From assembly GCA_973895155.1 (NCBI GenBank), contig OZ316896.1:7957539-8021538 (forward strand): a stretch of 64,000 nucleotides of DNA. Reading direction: 5' to 3'. The DNA is from Marsupella aquatica (taxonomy: Eukaryota; Plantae; Marchantiophyta). A program made the position numbers and the translations under genes. Shown piece after piece: positions 25,305 through 36,600 of this stretch (position 1 is the first letter of the stretch; each line of letters begins with the position of its first letter). The notes beneath the pieces were generated by a model. That model saw nothing but the letters and a program-made list of their open reading frames with translations, did no database searches and was not told the DNA's origin.

Positions 25305-25883
25305 AGATAGAGTAGTCACATCAGCTTTATTCAAACATTACATTCTCCAGCTTTCAACATTGCCTATAATAACATGAATAGACAGAAACATAAATATCAA
25401 GAATAGTGAATGTACTGCATAAAACCTGAGCCTGATTTGATCTCATGTTGGTTTGAGTGTTTGCTGTAGCTCCCACTCCTTACGAGGTGTGCTTCTCACG
25501 AGCTGCTTATCTCAAGGTGTCCGATGCTCACTCTGTCACGTCAGTGTCATGTGTTCTGCTTTGCTAGATCCTTGTGGCTCTCTTGGATGTGCCCAATTTC
25601 AAGTGATAGTAGAGCCAAGTTGGCTGTTGGGTTGCTCCTGGTAGCGCCGCTACCTTAGGCCCTGTTTTAGGGCAATAGCTTTAGGTGGCTGATCCATAGA
25701 CAGTCTAGATACAAGGTGATTAAATCAATGGCTCTATGGGCCATGGCAATGTAGCGGAAAGCTAGTCAGAAGGTAAAAAAGCATATATCCCTAAACATCA
25801 TTGAAGTTCATGTTACGACGTGGTAATGGTGACTGCCCGATAGAAGACCCTGGGTTGTTAGCCGGGGTGTTGTTCTTCTGGAA

Positions 25884-27292
25884 TCACGGTCGAGAGCCAG
25901 GTGCTGATTGAGGAGCGTTGGGCCTCCAAGAATAGTTGCCCCGTCCGCGGCCACGTTGAGGAGTTTGATTGGCGTAGAAGCTCTTACGATTAGAAGATTC
26001 GATGAATGGAGAATTGCTGTTAAGATTCCATTTTTGTTTAGGCATTGGCTCCTGTTCAGAAAATTCTCCTGGTTTAATGAGCATCTTGATGATGCAAGCC
26101 CCTTTAGCTTCTCCATGATTGGCAAGCAGTTGTGCAGTGGGGTTCCAAAGTTGTTCGCTAGCTGCTTCAAGCAAGAGTTGTCTAGTAAAGAAGAATGCGA
26201 CTTGATCCAGTACCACCCGACGAGCTTCACCACCTAAGAAACTCATCATGAGAATTAATGAGGCGAGCCTGTGTGGAAGATGCATCAAAGAAGAGTTCAA
26301 GGTGATTGGCCATGTACCACACAGCGTGGTCAAACCAGATGATTTGGCCAAATGAATGCATCCTCCTTTTGATGTTGAGTTACACGAGCAGCGTAAGAAC
26401 GGTTTGTGCCAATTCCACAACTTAGTTTTGTGTTCATGCACAGAATGGGAAGAGTTAGTAACAAAGTTCCCACGGATCTTGGCACCGGCAGCCATAGAGC
26501 ACTTATATTTGGGAGCCCCAAATACAGGCATGGGCCAGCGAGTTGCAATAGGAGGTGAAGTTTTGATCCAGGAGAATCCCCTGAGCACGTGTTCCTTACA
26601 TAATTGATTTCCTTAGTGGAAAGGGATGCCCATGATTTCCACATACCAAGCAAAATAGTAGCCAAATTGTTGATGTTAGGAATACGCCACATGCAGCAAT
26701 CTACTTTAGAAACTTCCCATTCAAGAAAGCACAGCGGATTATTGGGAATGAAAGGTTTGCCATCCTGTTTAGAGTCGTCCAACTCCTTCTGTGACAACTG
26801 CGCACCGTCAATAGCTTCATTGAAGGCGGCATGTTCTTCCTCCGATAGCCAGGCCGTGTTGATTAGTGGGTTCTCCCGGAGTTTGGAAGCAATATCGGCC
26901 GCCGGTGAAGAAGAGAGGCTGTTGTTTGTATTCAAAGTACTTGGTGTGTATGCCAACATGCGAGCTAATTTACGGCCAGCAACCCAGGCTTGTTCCAATT
27001 CATCCTCATCGATGTTTTCAAAAGTATCCAAGGAGCTAATGAGGCAGTCAAGTTTAGTCAGGGCAGCTTTAGTGTTGATACATCCAGTCGCTTGGTAGAT
27101 TGTAAACCATTCATTGATCCCTAGTAAGTGTAGAAGTAACTGACCCGGTGCTTCATCGTCTCCATGATTCATTACTTCCCGATCATGCGTCTGGATGGCA
27201 GAGTGGATTTCCGTTTGGCGGATTGAAGCCAATGTGGCCTGGATAGCCATGTTACATGGCCGTGGAAGGTCATTGTCATATCCTAAAGACAA
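25884..27292 (-). pseudogene. Orphan, probably frameshifted ORF of unknown function (26330-27292 and 25884-26588)
   Basis: Overlapping 320-aa and 234-aa frames with protein-like composition; no motif recognised with confidence. Confidence 0.4.
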
Positions 27293-28050
27293 AAGTTCCC
27301 GTGACCAACGTTTCTGTAGTCAGACATTCATGGGTGTATGGTATTAGTAATAATCTTGACAGTGGTCCTCCAAATCCAATCAGAGGAGTGGAATAAAGTT
27401 AGAGAGAGATAACACATAAGGACACACACCAATCAAGGCCATTGTCAAGATACCACTGTGATCATACATCACACATGACCAGGTCATACAGTAGGGTCTA
27501 GGGGTAGTCTTCCCATATGTCATTCACCAAGTCAATCTTGCACAAAAATCCACTATCAAAGGCACATGGTGGAGCTAGCAAAGAATAGTGTACCACATGA
27601 TAAAGTAATGTTTAGACAACTCAGGTCTGAAAAGGCGTGACATTGGTGCTGGTTATAATCAGGACAGGAAAAAATAATGATAAGGAAAGTAAAATGAGAG
27701 GAGAGTAACCGACTGTTAGATTCTCATACATAGAACGACTGGAGAAACTAGTGGCAGGATTTGATCCAGGTAAGGATACACAAACAATAAGTCAAACAAG
27801 ATGCAGTAGTATTAAGCATTAGAAGAATATAATGGATAAGTACTATTTATTGCCAAGGGATACAAGGTAGAACAAGATTATCTCAGTCGCTGCATCAACA
27901 TCTCACTCATTCATATTAGCATAGTCCGTCCTTAGCTAAAATAAAAATGTTAATTTTACAGCAAGCATTCTGTTCATGATGAAACAATATGTAAACCTAG
28001 CGGTGCTTCATATTGGTATGTCATCCAAGTAGAAGTGGACCATCAACCAC

Positions 28051-28205
28051 AGCTGAAATATAGCGGACATAATAGCTATATTGCTACCCACATGGTCGTC
28101 ATTCAGCCCCCGTCCATGGGGCAAAACTAGTCAAAGAGTACTAGTTTATGCAACACGTTTCTATTACCATATGCCCAGGTGGTATCGGGGAGACGTGTCT
28201 CAGCT
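28051..28205 (+). ncRNA. Candidate structured RNA motif, divergent paralog
   Basis: Same topology with different stem sequences: AGCTGA/TCAGCT, AATATAGC/GCTATATT, CATGG/CCATG, AAACTAGT/ACTAGTTT, ACACGTTTC/GAGACGTGT; loops conserved. Confidence 0.5.
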
Positions 28206-28853
28206 AGGGGCTAGCCTAAAAAATAAGGAGCAATCAGTGGTACCAAGAAAGTTCAGAAGGAAATTACCTGTTGTGCTCGTGCCATGTGAGCCACGGGAGT
28301 ACTGTTTGAAGTAGTCAGAATGTTATTCAGAACAAGTGTGTAAGATCACAGCCACCAGATGTTCAAGACAGCAAGCAAGCAAGGGAGCGTGCCTATGCAA
28401 AAGGGATCTATGAACAATAAGCCTTGCATGTAGATGCTCTGCAAGGTCAGAACCAGAAACTACAAGATGAAAGATGGAAGCGAATGTTTGTGGAAGGGAG
28501 AGTCGTCAGAGTTCTTCGTCAGATCCAGGGTAGAAGAGTTTGTTTTATAATGCTTGAGGTGATGTGAGATGCCTCACAAGAAATTGCCGTATCCAAAAGT
28601 ATCTTTTTTAGGTATTTTTTATAAAAAAGTATAGAGATGTTACTGACCGTCAGATCTAGGTTAGAGAAATGGGCCGGTGGATGGACGTATTTGTATATTA
28701 GGGTATATGTAGAGTCTATAAATACGTAGATATTTGATGTATATGTGTTTAATCATTGCACATAGTTCCTTCTTATGTGAATTTTTTGATTTGACATTTT
28801 ATTGGCAATTTCCAAATGTACAAAAACTAGTTGTTGCAGGTATATCTCCTATC

Positions 28854-28856
<3 letters not shown>

Positions 28857-28897
<41 letters not shown>
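28857..28897. repeat. (GA)n microsatellite
   Basis: About 20 GA units; shorter tracts at ~16983, ~29440 and ~30788. Confidence 0.9.
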
Positions 28898-28900
<3 letters not shown>

Positions 28901-29018
28901 ATAGATATATTACATCCTGAATTAAAGCAGGTCCTATTGTTCTCTATTGGCCATTCCTTGATTCAACATTCAATCATATGCAAATTATCAATCATACATT
29001 CACACATACATTCACACC

Positions 29019-29128
29019 TCTTCGTTCAGCCCCCGCCATTGGATCGAGATTGTGCTTTAGTAGGCACAATTTCTAGTCCCATGTTTCTGCAGCGATGTCT
29101 AGATGGCTGCAGGGAGACATGGGCCGGA
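29019..29128 (+). ncRNA. Candidate structured RNA motif, 5'-truncated copy
   Basis: Loop TCTTCGTTCAGCCCCCGC, hairpin GAGATTGTGC/GCACAATTTC and hairpin CCCATGTTTC...GAGACATGGG. Confidence 0.45.
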
Positions 29129-29801
29129 AAAAGTCGAGTCTCCCAAGCCTTGTTATGTTCCTTTTTATTATTAACTCCAACATCTCATTTATGCATACCA
29201 ATACGTCATGAATGGAATAGAAAAGAAGGAGCGACATCTGCTGTAAAACGTGTGAGCTAGCACCTGATTTGGTGGGGTTCCCATTGAGCCACGACAGGCT
29301 GATTGTCACTATGTTGATTCAGCAGTCCTTGATTCAGCAGTCCTTGACCTACCCAGATATGATGAGGTCATGGTCTTGTCTTGGTGTTCACTTATCCTTA
29401 GCCATGGGAATCATTAGTGGCTTATCATACTCTTTTCTTGAGAGAGAGAGATTCATGTACATATTTGCATACATATAAATCACATCCTGAGATGGTTCAG
29501 GCCTTATTGTTACCTACCGACTATTTCACTGATTCTCTACCCAACACATACAGAGCTTCGATCGATCATTCCCATATACATATGATGAGCAATGCATTCC
29601 ATCCTCATACAAAGATCACATATAGATGTACGATGACTTCTCATTGTCATGTGCTCCTTATAAATAACATTCATCTTCAATTGCAAAGCCTATAGTCATA
29701 TCAATCGACAAGCATCCTGTTGAATTTGGTTCAAGATCGGGTGCTACTTGGTGACAGCATTACTCGAGTGTTGTGTCCACAGTATTGAGCATAGGCCGTA
29801 T

Positions 29802-29963
29802 TCTTTTACCGGGAATGGATGGACTGTTTCCATTCACATATCCAGTGTCTTCATTCAGCCCCTGCCACTGGATTGAAATTATGTTACAATAGACACAATT
29901 TTTGGTCCCATGTTTCTGCAGCGATGTCTAGACAGCTGCGGGGAGACATGGGCCGGTAAAAGA
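29802..29963 (+). ncRNA. Candidate structured RNA motif, copy 2
   Basis: Perfect 11-bp closing stem TCTTTTACCGG/CCGGTAAAAGA around the same four hairpins. Confidence 0.5.
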
Positions 29964-30435
29964 TGAGTCATCCAGGCATATATATTTTTCTATATTGGCA
30001 GTGTTCTATTGTCATCCATTCAAAGAGAGACATCATTCATAGGTGAGTTATCAATCACAAATGGACATATGCTGTGAACCTGATTTTGGTGCGTCCCCAT
30101 GGAGTCACAATGTGCTGGCTGATGCAGAGTCATTGTTCCTCACTCCACGGCTTCCTGTGCTCCAGTGTCCCACAATCTGCTTGGTCCCTCCAGTCTATCG
30201 TGTCAGTTGCTGTCTCTTCTTGGTTTTAGCAGCATTCAAGTGTTGGATGTGCTAGTGGTGTGGATTGTGTTCATAAGGTGCTGTTGCTGGTTGGGCTACT
30301 TGTTAGCAGCACCGTTGTCTTGGTTCTCAGTTTAGGGATCCCTCTAGGATCCATTTGGCATTGGACGTTCTAGATCCGTTTTGGGTAAATCAATGCTTTG
30401 GGTAGCCAAATATGTATAGCGGGAAGTTACAGTCA

Positions 30436-30770
30436 CGTTGCCCTTTCTTTTAAATAAGTGTTTGGAGCATAGGGCATAGTATATTACTGTACCAGAGTAC
30501 TGTGGCCTGTATTTGTCTTTTGTGTACTAAGATGCCAGGCCATATGAGTCATCATGTGTTGCCCTTTTATAAATATATTTTTTGGAGTATAGGGCGTAGT
30601 ACATCTCAGTAGTGACGTATTGTGGCCTTTGTTTGTCTTTTGTGTAATAAGAGGCCAGGTCATATGGGTCATCATGTGTTGCACCTTTTAGAAAAAAGTT
30701 TTTGGAGTATAGGGCATAATATACCTTTGTGGTAAAGTATTGTGGCCTGTATTGGTCATCATGTGTATAC
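30436..30770. repeat. ~120-bp tandem repeat, about 2.7 copies
   Basis: Recurring TTTGGAGYATAGGGCRTA, TGTGGCCT and GTCATCATGTGT at ~120-bp period. Confidence 0.85.
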
Positions 30771-30874
30771 TCATCACCTTGACCTTTTGAGAGAGAGAGA
30801 GAGACGTAAATGTAGAGAGATGTAAATGTAGAGAGACGTAAATGTAGTATTTTTTGAGCAAGAAATTGGCCCGT

Positions 30875-31951
30875 AAGCAATTCAAAAATGCTTGTGGAAA
30901 TCAAATGAAAAGAGCTTGCACCTTATAACCTTCAGATTACGGTGAGGAATCAGAAGCCGATGTCGGTGAGTTGGAATGATTTGCAGGGTTTGCTGGTCAA
31001 TCAGTGGCAAAAGTTTAAAACTCCTTCCTCTCGTGGGCAAAAATATCAATCTTGGACTCAAAACGATCACCTCTTCGTGATCTCTCCATTCAGCCCAAGC
31101 ACTTCACGTCTCTCCCTCCGAGTCGAGCGCAATGATGAGAAACCCCGCTCAGGGGACTCCATAGCCGGTCAGAAAATCAGAACGCTTCTTTTTCTCGTCC
31201 CGTCGCACACAGTACTCACTTGGTAACAAATCAGCTACCAAAATGACCAGCTCATCCCGATCTACAAGTGGAGCTATAGTATGTGACATCTCCATTGCCG
31301 TAGAGCTCACACGGTTGAGTAAACAAACTCTAATCCCTCCTCCAAAAAACCGTCGAACACGAATGTTGCCAACTTTCTTCACAAATTCCAGAACGACAAA
31401 AACTTAGATCTCTCTGCACTACGATCTCCGTTCAGTGATTTCTTTACACCGTAAGAAAGCCCTTGCCCCAATCTATCCGTTGAGCCCAAAAACTCCAAGT
31501 TCCATGCGATGGAACTCCGGGAAATCCACCGACACTCAAAGCTGGAAAAAACCGTCATGAAATCCCATCACAAACAATGTCACCTCCCAGGCATGCTTTG
31601 GTACCAATTGTTGAGCATAGATGACACTCATAATGGTAAGCACATGGCACATCCAACGCGCAAGTAGTCAACACAAGAGATACGTGGTTCACCTCCTTGA
31701 GGCTACGTCCATGGGAACACACAAGAGAGCTTTACTAAACTCTAAGTCCGTCGGCCATACCAAGTCTCCACAGTGTAAGCTCTCCTCATCTCTCAAGTGG
31801 CTCCATAACAATGAGCCTAAGTTCCACTTATTCAAGCAAACACCGCTTGGCATATAGTGTGCATCCTATTTAACCTAACCACGTCTCCGACTATGGTTAG
31901 TCTAACTACGGTTACATGTCATAACCCTAGACCTTGAGTAAATACCTAACA
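30875..31951 (-). mobile_element. Older copia 5' UTR, degenerate PBS and 5' LTR (31609-31951)
   Basis: Homologous to 23550-24358; LTR is 343 bp and lacks the 18-bp array; PBS relic GCTTTGGTACCA at 31595-31606. Confidence 0.85.
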
Positions 31952-32340
31952 AAAACAAGGGGAAGGGGGGTGAAGGGAAAAAGGGAGGAGGGGGAGGAAA
32001 TCGTTAGGATTTGACTCAAGTTCTTGGCTTTGGTTAGTTTGGCCTTACTAGGGTTTGTTAACCCTTTATTACATTAGGATATATAAGATCCATTGCAATT
32101 AGATTAGGCCCACACATCTCGGCCCCCCTGGGGGTATAGGTTTGAGGGAGTGCATTCTCTCCCTCATTCTTCACGTGTACTTCCTCATGTTTAATTTAAG
32201 TTATTCAGGATCCCTGAAGAGTTTCTCCATCATGGTGTCTTGTTGGTGTACTAGTGTGAGATTGAGTGTTGACTTCTCATGTTCCGCATTTGCTATCTAG
32301 TCTATGCTGACGGTTTCTTACAAGTGACATCAAAGCTTTG
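31952..32340 (+). mobile_element. Possible degenerate LTR end with Met-type PBS relic
   Basis: TTTCTTACA followed by AGTGACATCAAAGC, resembling AGTGGTATCAGAGC; TATA-like sequence at ~32080. Confidence 0.3.
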
Positions 32341-33680
32341 TGTTTGTGGTTTGGTGGTCTAGGCAGTGGTGAGAGTGTTCATTGTGTTGGATTGTGGTGA
32401 ATCAAAGATTGAATTGTCATTCCCGGTTGCATGATCATTTCACTAGCTGGTTTGTGTTGAACGACTCGTGTTGGGAAGAGGTGACGGTTTCTCAATTGGA
32501 ACTTTGCTAAAGGATCAACGGTCACATCAGTATGTTTCCAAAGGTACTGTTGGGAAGACAATCCAAAAAAAATTCGTGCACATTGGCAGGCAATTTATCT
32601 TGATGAAAGCTTCACAACTTTTCATCCGGCACAGCAATAGCATTTTAAGTGTTGCTGATTAGAGTAATAAGCTTGGGAATAAGCTCTTGGCTATGTAGTT
32701 TATTATGTTTGTCTGATTCCTTGTGGATCCGTGTTTTATCAAGAAAACTTTGATACATTTAGTCTCAAAGTGGCTAATTTAAATTTGTTTCTCTACTTCT
32801 GACATTGATTGTGGCACCACACCTCTTTGCAATGGCTTGGCCCGGGGGCTCGGCCGACATTAATTAGCGGGCATGAGGCCCGGGAGTTTAATTAATACTT
32901 CCTCCTTCCTAGTCAGAGCACTTATTACAAGGGCACAGTGCCCTACCTGCAAGTGAGCAAGGGAACTTGAGGCTTGAAGCGTGGGACTTTAGGGAGGCAT
33001 TTCAGAAAGGGCTTGTAGCCCTAGCCTATGTACCTTGCACATTATTTTGTGAGGGGAGTCCTTGCCCTCCCCAAAAGAGGGAACTTTTAATTGGGGGCCC
33101 AAAGCCCTAAGTAGTCACGAGGAGGGGTGAGAGGAGAGATTTAAATGGTCCCTCCCTTTGGAAGCACTTAATCACCCTAGGGCCGAGGCCCAATGCAAGT
33201 ACGAGAAGGGGGGACCTAAGGCCGTAGTGCAAAGAGGGAGGGCAGGGGCAATTAATTGCTCCCTTCTCTTGCCAGTGTTAATCAAAGTGCCCTATGCAAG
33301 GCATGTTCAAGCCTAAGGGAGCACAAGTGATGGTCAGGACCTTGCCACCCAGTGCCCTTACCAATCCCAACACTCTTGCCTAAATGCCCTTGGTGCCTGA
33401 ACGCCTACACAAAACTCCTTGAGCAAGCCTTGGGCCCTCAGTCCAAGTAAAATCAGTGAACCACCTACGATCGTGACTCCATCTTTCTTACCCATTGTTA
33501 TTTATGTTTTTCTGTAAAAAGTTATCTTGTTACCGGTAATATTAATAATTATTAGTTCACAATCTATAAAAACCAACCTTCAAGCATTTCCACGTACGCA
33601 TTAGACATTGGTAAGTAGGTCAGCAAATAGAACCTCCCAGGCTTGCATGGCCTTGCCATAAGCTAAAGCTAGAGTAGACA

Positions 33681-36600
33681 TGTGGTGCGTCCCATGGCTC
33701 CCTAAACCCAAGAAACCCCCCAGCTCAAGCCGATTCCCGCAGGTTTCGTGCTTGGCGAGGCCGTTTCCGCGGCTTAGCGGCATGGGACGCTGCTAACCTT
33801 CTACTACTACTATTAACATTTTACACACATATACTGGACAGATCCTTCATCGGGTCATGAGATACGTAGCCGGCCTAATATAGGCCTTCCCCTGTCTTCC
33901 CCTGTCTTCCCCTCCGTCTTGTTAGGTATGTTTGGATTCCGCCGCCGGAATGATCCCCAATAGGCTTGGTTAAGCCGCTAAGACCTCTCTCAGCTCGACA
34001 CATCCAACTCTCACTCCCCTGCTTACTTTCCTTCCTTCTATTGATGTGGGCACTCTTCACACAAGTTAATGCGACACACAAATAGCAAAATGACTCATTC
34101 TGACTGAGTCATACCATGCACTTGCCATACAAACAGTACATCTCATACACAAGTTCTGCGAACTAAGCCGTGAGGCCAACTCTATTCAGCTCTTAGGCAT
34201 GAGGAAACATGAATATACACAAGGGTCACTGTATGACTAACCGAGAGCTTCTCGTACTACTTGATCCCAGCCCGGCTGGTGCAAACTAAAAACTTGCTAA
34301 AGAAGAGGCCCTGAGCTCCCCGCTGCCCAGGTACTTATCCTGGTAGTGGATCCGCCATTCTTTGCATCGTAAGCCTAATCTACTTAACAGTAATCTACTT
34401 GCCCGAATCTACCTATGTACAGCAAGGCAGGAGCACAAGTGTTGCTCCTACCAGTGGGACCGCAATCCCACTAAGCTAAGTGTCAGGGCCGCTCCTGGTT
34501 CTGATCCTAATCCTAAACGTGGAGATCCGCGCCCGCCCTGCCCACTCACGCCTCCTCCCTCCACGTCCGCCCTCCCTAAAAGGAACGGCGCCCTTGCACC
34601 GTCACGACACCGGTGGTGGATCCTTAATGGACGCCCCCAACGCTTCCTCCTCAGCCACTGCCGTAGGTTCATTCTCTGACAGATTACCTGCCCTTGACTG
34701 AGTCAACTCTCCATCGGCCTGACTGGGTCCACCTTCGGCTTCAGCCTCGACACCGGCCTCGGCAATACCCACGGCTTCGGCCTCAGCCACTCGCACGGCT
34801 TCGGCTTCAGCCACTCCCTCGGCTTCGGCCTCCCCTTCCCCTAGGGTAGTTGGATCCTTAGCCGTGACCCTGTCTGGGGTCGGTGCTGGGTCTACCTCCT
34901 TGATCACCACGGCCTGTGAAGTCGTATTACTCCTTGACCCTGAAGGTTTCCGCTTCTTCTTCGTTGGTGGCTCGGCAGCTGGTCCCTTCCCCTTCCCACT
35001 TACTTCCGGCACTGGTGCAGTTGGCGCGGCTTGTCCTTCGGCAATTACCACCCCTGGTAACTGGTTTGTCCCAACGGGAGATGGACCTGCTGCAGCTAAG
35101 CATTTAAATACTGCGGCTTGTTTCTTCAGCCGCTCTGTTTGGTTGTCGGCCCGCCGCTGTAGGTTCTCCATCTTCCTCGTGATTTCCTCCAACTCCTCTT
35201 GGGTTTCATCCAGGTCCTTACGTGCCCCCTCCAGCTCGTTTTTGGCCTCCTCCTGCTCCCTGTGGGCTTCCTCCAATTCCTTCTTCAAGGTAGCCCTCTC
35301 CTCCTGGGTTGCTCTTAGCTCCTTGTCGAGCTCTGCAATGATGACAGACTCCATCTGGTTCATCTTGGCGTAAGTCTGTTCGAGCATCTCGTCCTTCTCC
35401 CTTAGGTCGGCCTTGAAGCTGGCCGTCAGGGACGCAAGCTCCTGCTGCAGCGCCATAATCCCTTGATAGGATTTCCCTAACTCGACCTCCTTCTGCTCAA
35501 GGGCTCCGCGGATTTTCTCGAGCTCCCCTTTCAACGCCCATTCCTTTCTTTGGGTCTCCGCCATGGCCCGGCTGTTGGCTGTTATGTGGGCCTCCTCTGT
35601 ATTCTTCAGCTCTTGCTTCCACTTCTCCCTCTCTTTGATCGTGTCGGCCAACTCTCCCTGCGTCTGAGTTAGTTTATCCTTGATATTCTGATTATCAGCC
35701 TGCGCGGTGTCCAACTGCCCCTGCATGATGTTCAGCTCATGTCGTTTAATCCGTAGTTCATCTTGGGCTTTCTTGGCCGCCCTTAGATCTTCAATCTCGG
35801 CTTCCATCCTCCTAAGCCGCCGAATGACCTCGTCCTTCTTGCTTCTCTCTAAAGCCACCGCTTCTTCTAATTGGTGCTTCTCCAACTGCTCCCTATGGAA
35901 AAAGGGTCCTACCTCCAACTCCTCTCCAAAGATGCCGAGCGCAAGTTCCCCACACATCTCACCATACTCCATGGCTCTATTCTTAGCGTAGGTGGAGTAA
36001 GTAGAAGTGATCGGCATCGCCCATCGTGGCCTCTGCTCCCAAGCCGTCCTGCGGATCTCTTCAATCGTGGCTAGAGGTTTGCTTCCTTTTTCGGCTAGCC
36101 GCCTGATGTCCTCCGGCCAATCTCCTCCTGGTAAATCCTTTTCCTTAGCCAGGGCGGCCTCTTCCTCCTGCTTGATTCGCTCCTGAAATTCCTGCACCGT
36201 CTGTTTTATGCCGTCGAAGCTCGGGGGAGCAACATCTGGTGGGGGAGACTCATGGCTACTCTGCTGGTTGGGGTCCCCTCGCACTACCCTTGGAAGTGTG
36301 GGGACAAACCGGCCACAGGTCCTTACTCCTGGAACGTGATGGTCCGACCCATAGCCGGAATTATCATGGCTGCAGTCCTCCACTGCCTCCTCTACCTCTT
36401 GGACGTCCGGCTTCTCCCTCTCCTCTTCGTCGGTAGGAGCTTCAGGCAATTCTGCCTCAGATTCGGAGCTTGAGGTTCCCACATACATTCGAACACCTGG
36501 CTTGGATTCCGGCCTGATTCTTTCCTTGTCTCCAGCAAAGGGGTTTTCTCTTGTGAGCCGGTGTAGGCCTACCTCTGTAGTAGTGTCCTGCATTGTTGCC

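Larger units (their letters stand above)
16349..30874. other. Unclassified ~6.7 kb unit (excluding nested 17319-25091) with (GA)n-headed direct repeats, structured motifs and an orphan ORF
   Basis: Lies between two collinear parts of an older copia element. Internal repeats at 16975-17318+25092-25770, 28857-29400 and 29440-30430. Boundaries are approximate. Confidence 0.45.

Noticed and set aside
26350-26400. SWIM-like motif CSCNSTSKGGCIH suggesting a MULE protein
   Set aside because: Short motif in a frameshifted region where the true frame is unclear; no MULE DDE domain nearby.
25158-29963. Hammerhead ribozyme reading of the motif (minus strand has GTC, GAAAC and CTGAAYGA)
   Set aside because: CTGAAYGA is one base too long, the segment order is non-canonical and no stem II can form in register in any copy.
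16356-30878. CACTA-like TIR pair (CACAGCGGGCCA / TGGCCCGTAAG) bounding the unclassified unit
   Set aside because: Only 7 bp match, the terminal bases disagree and there is no matching 3-bp TSD.
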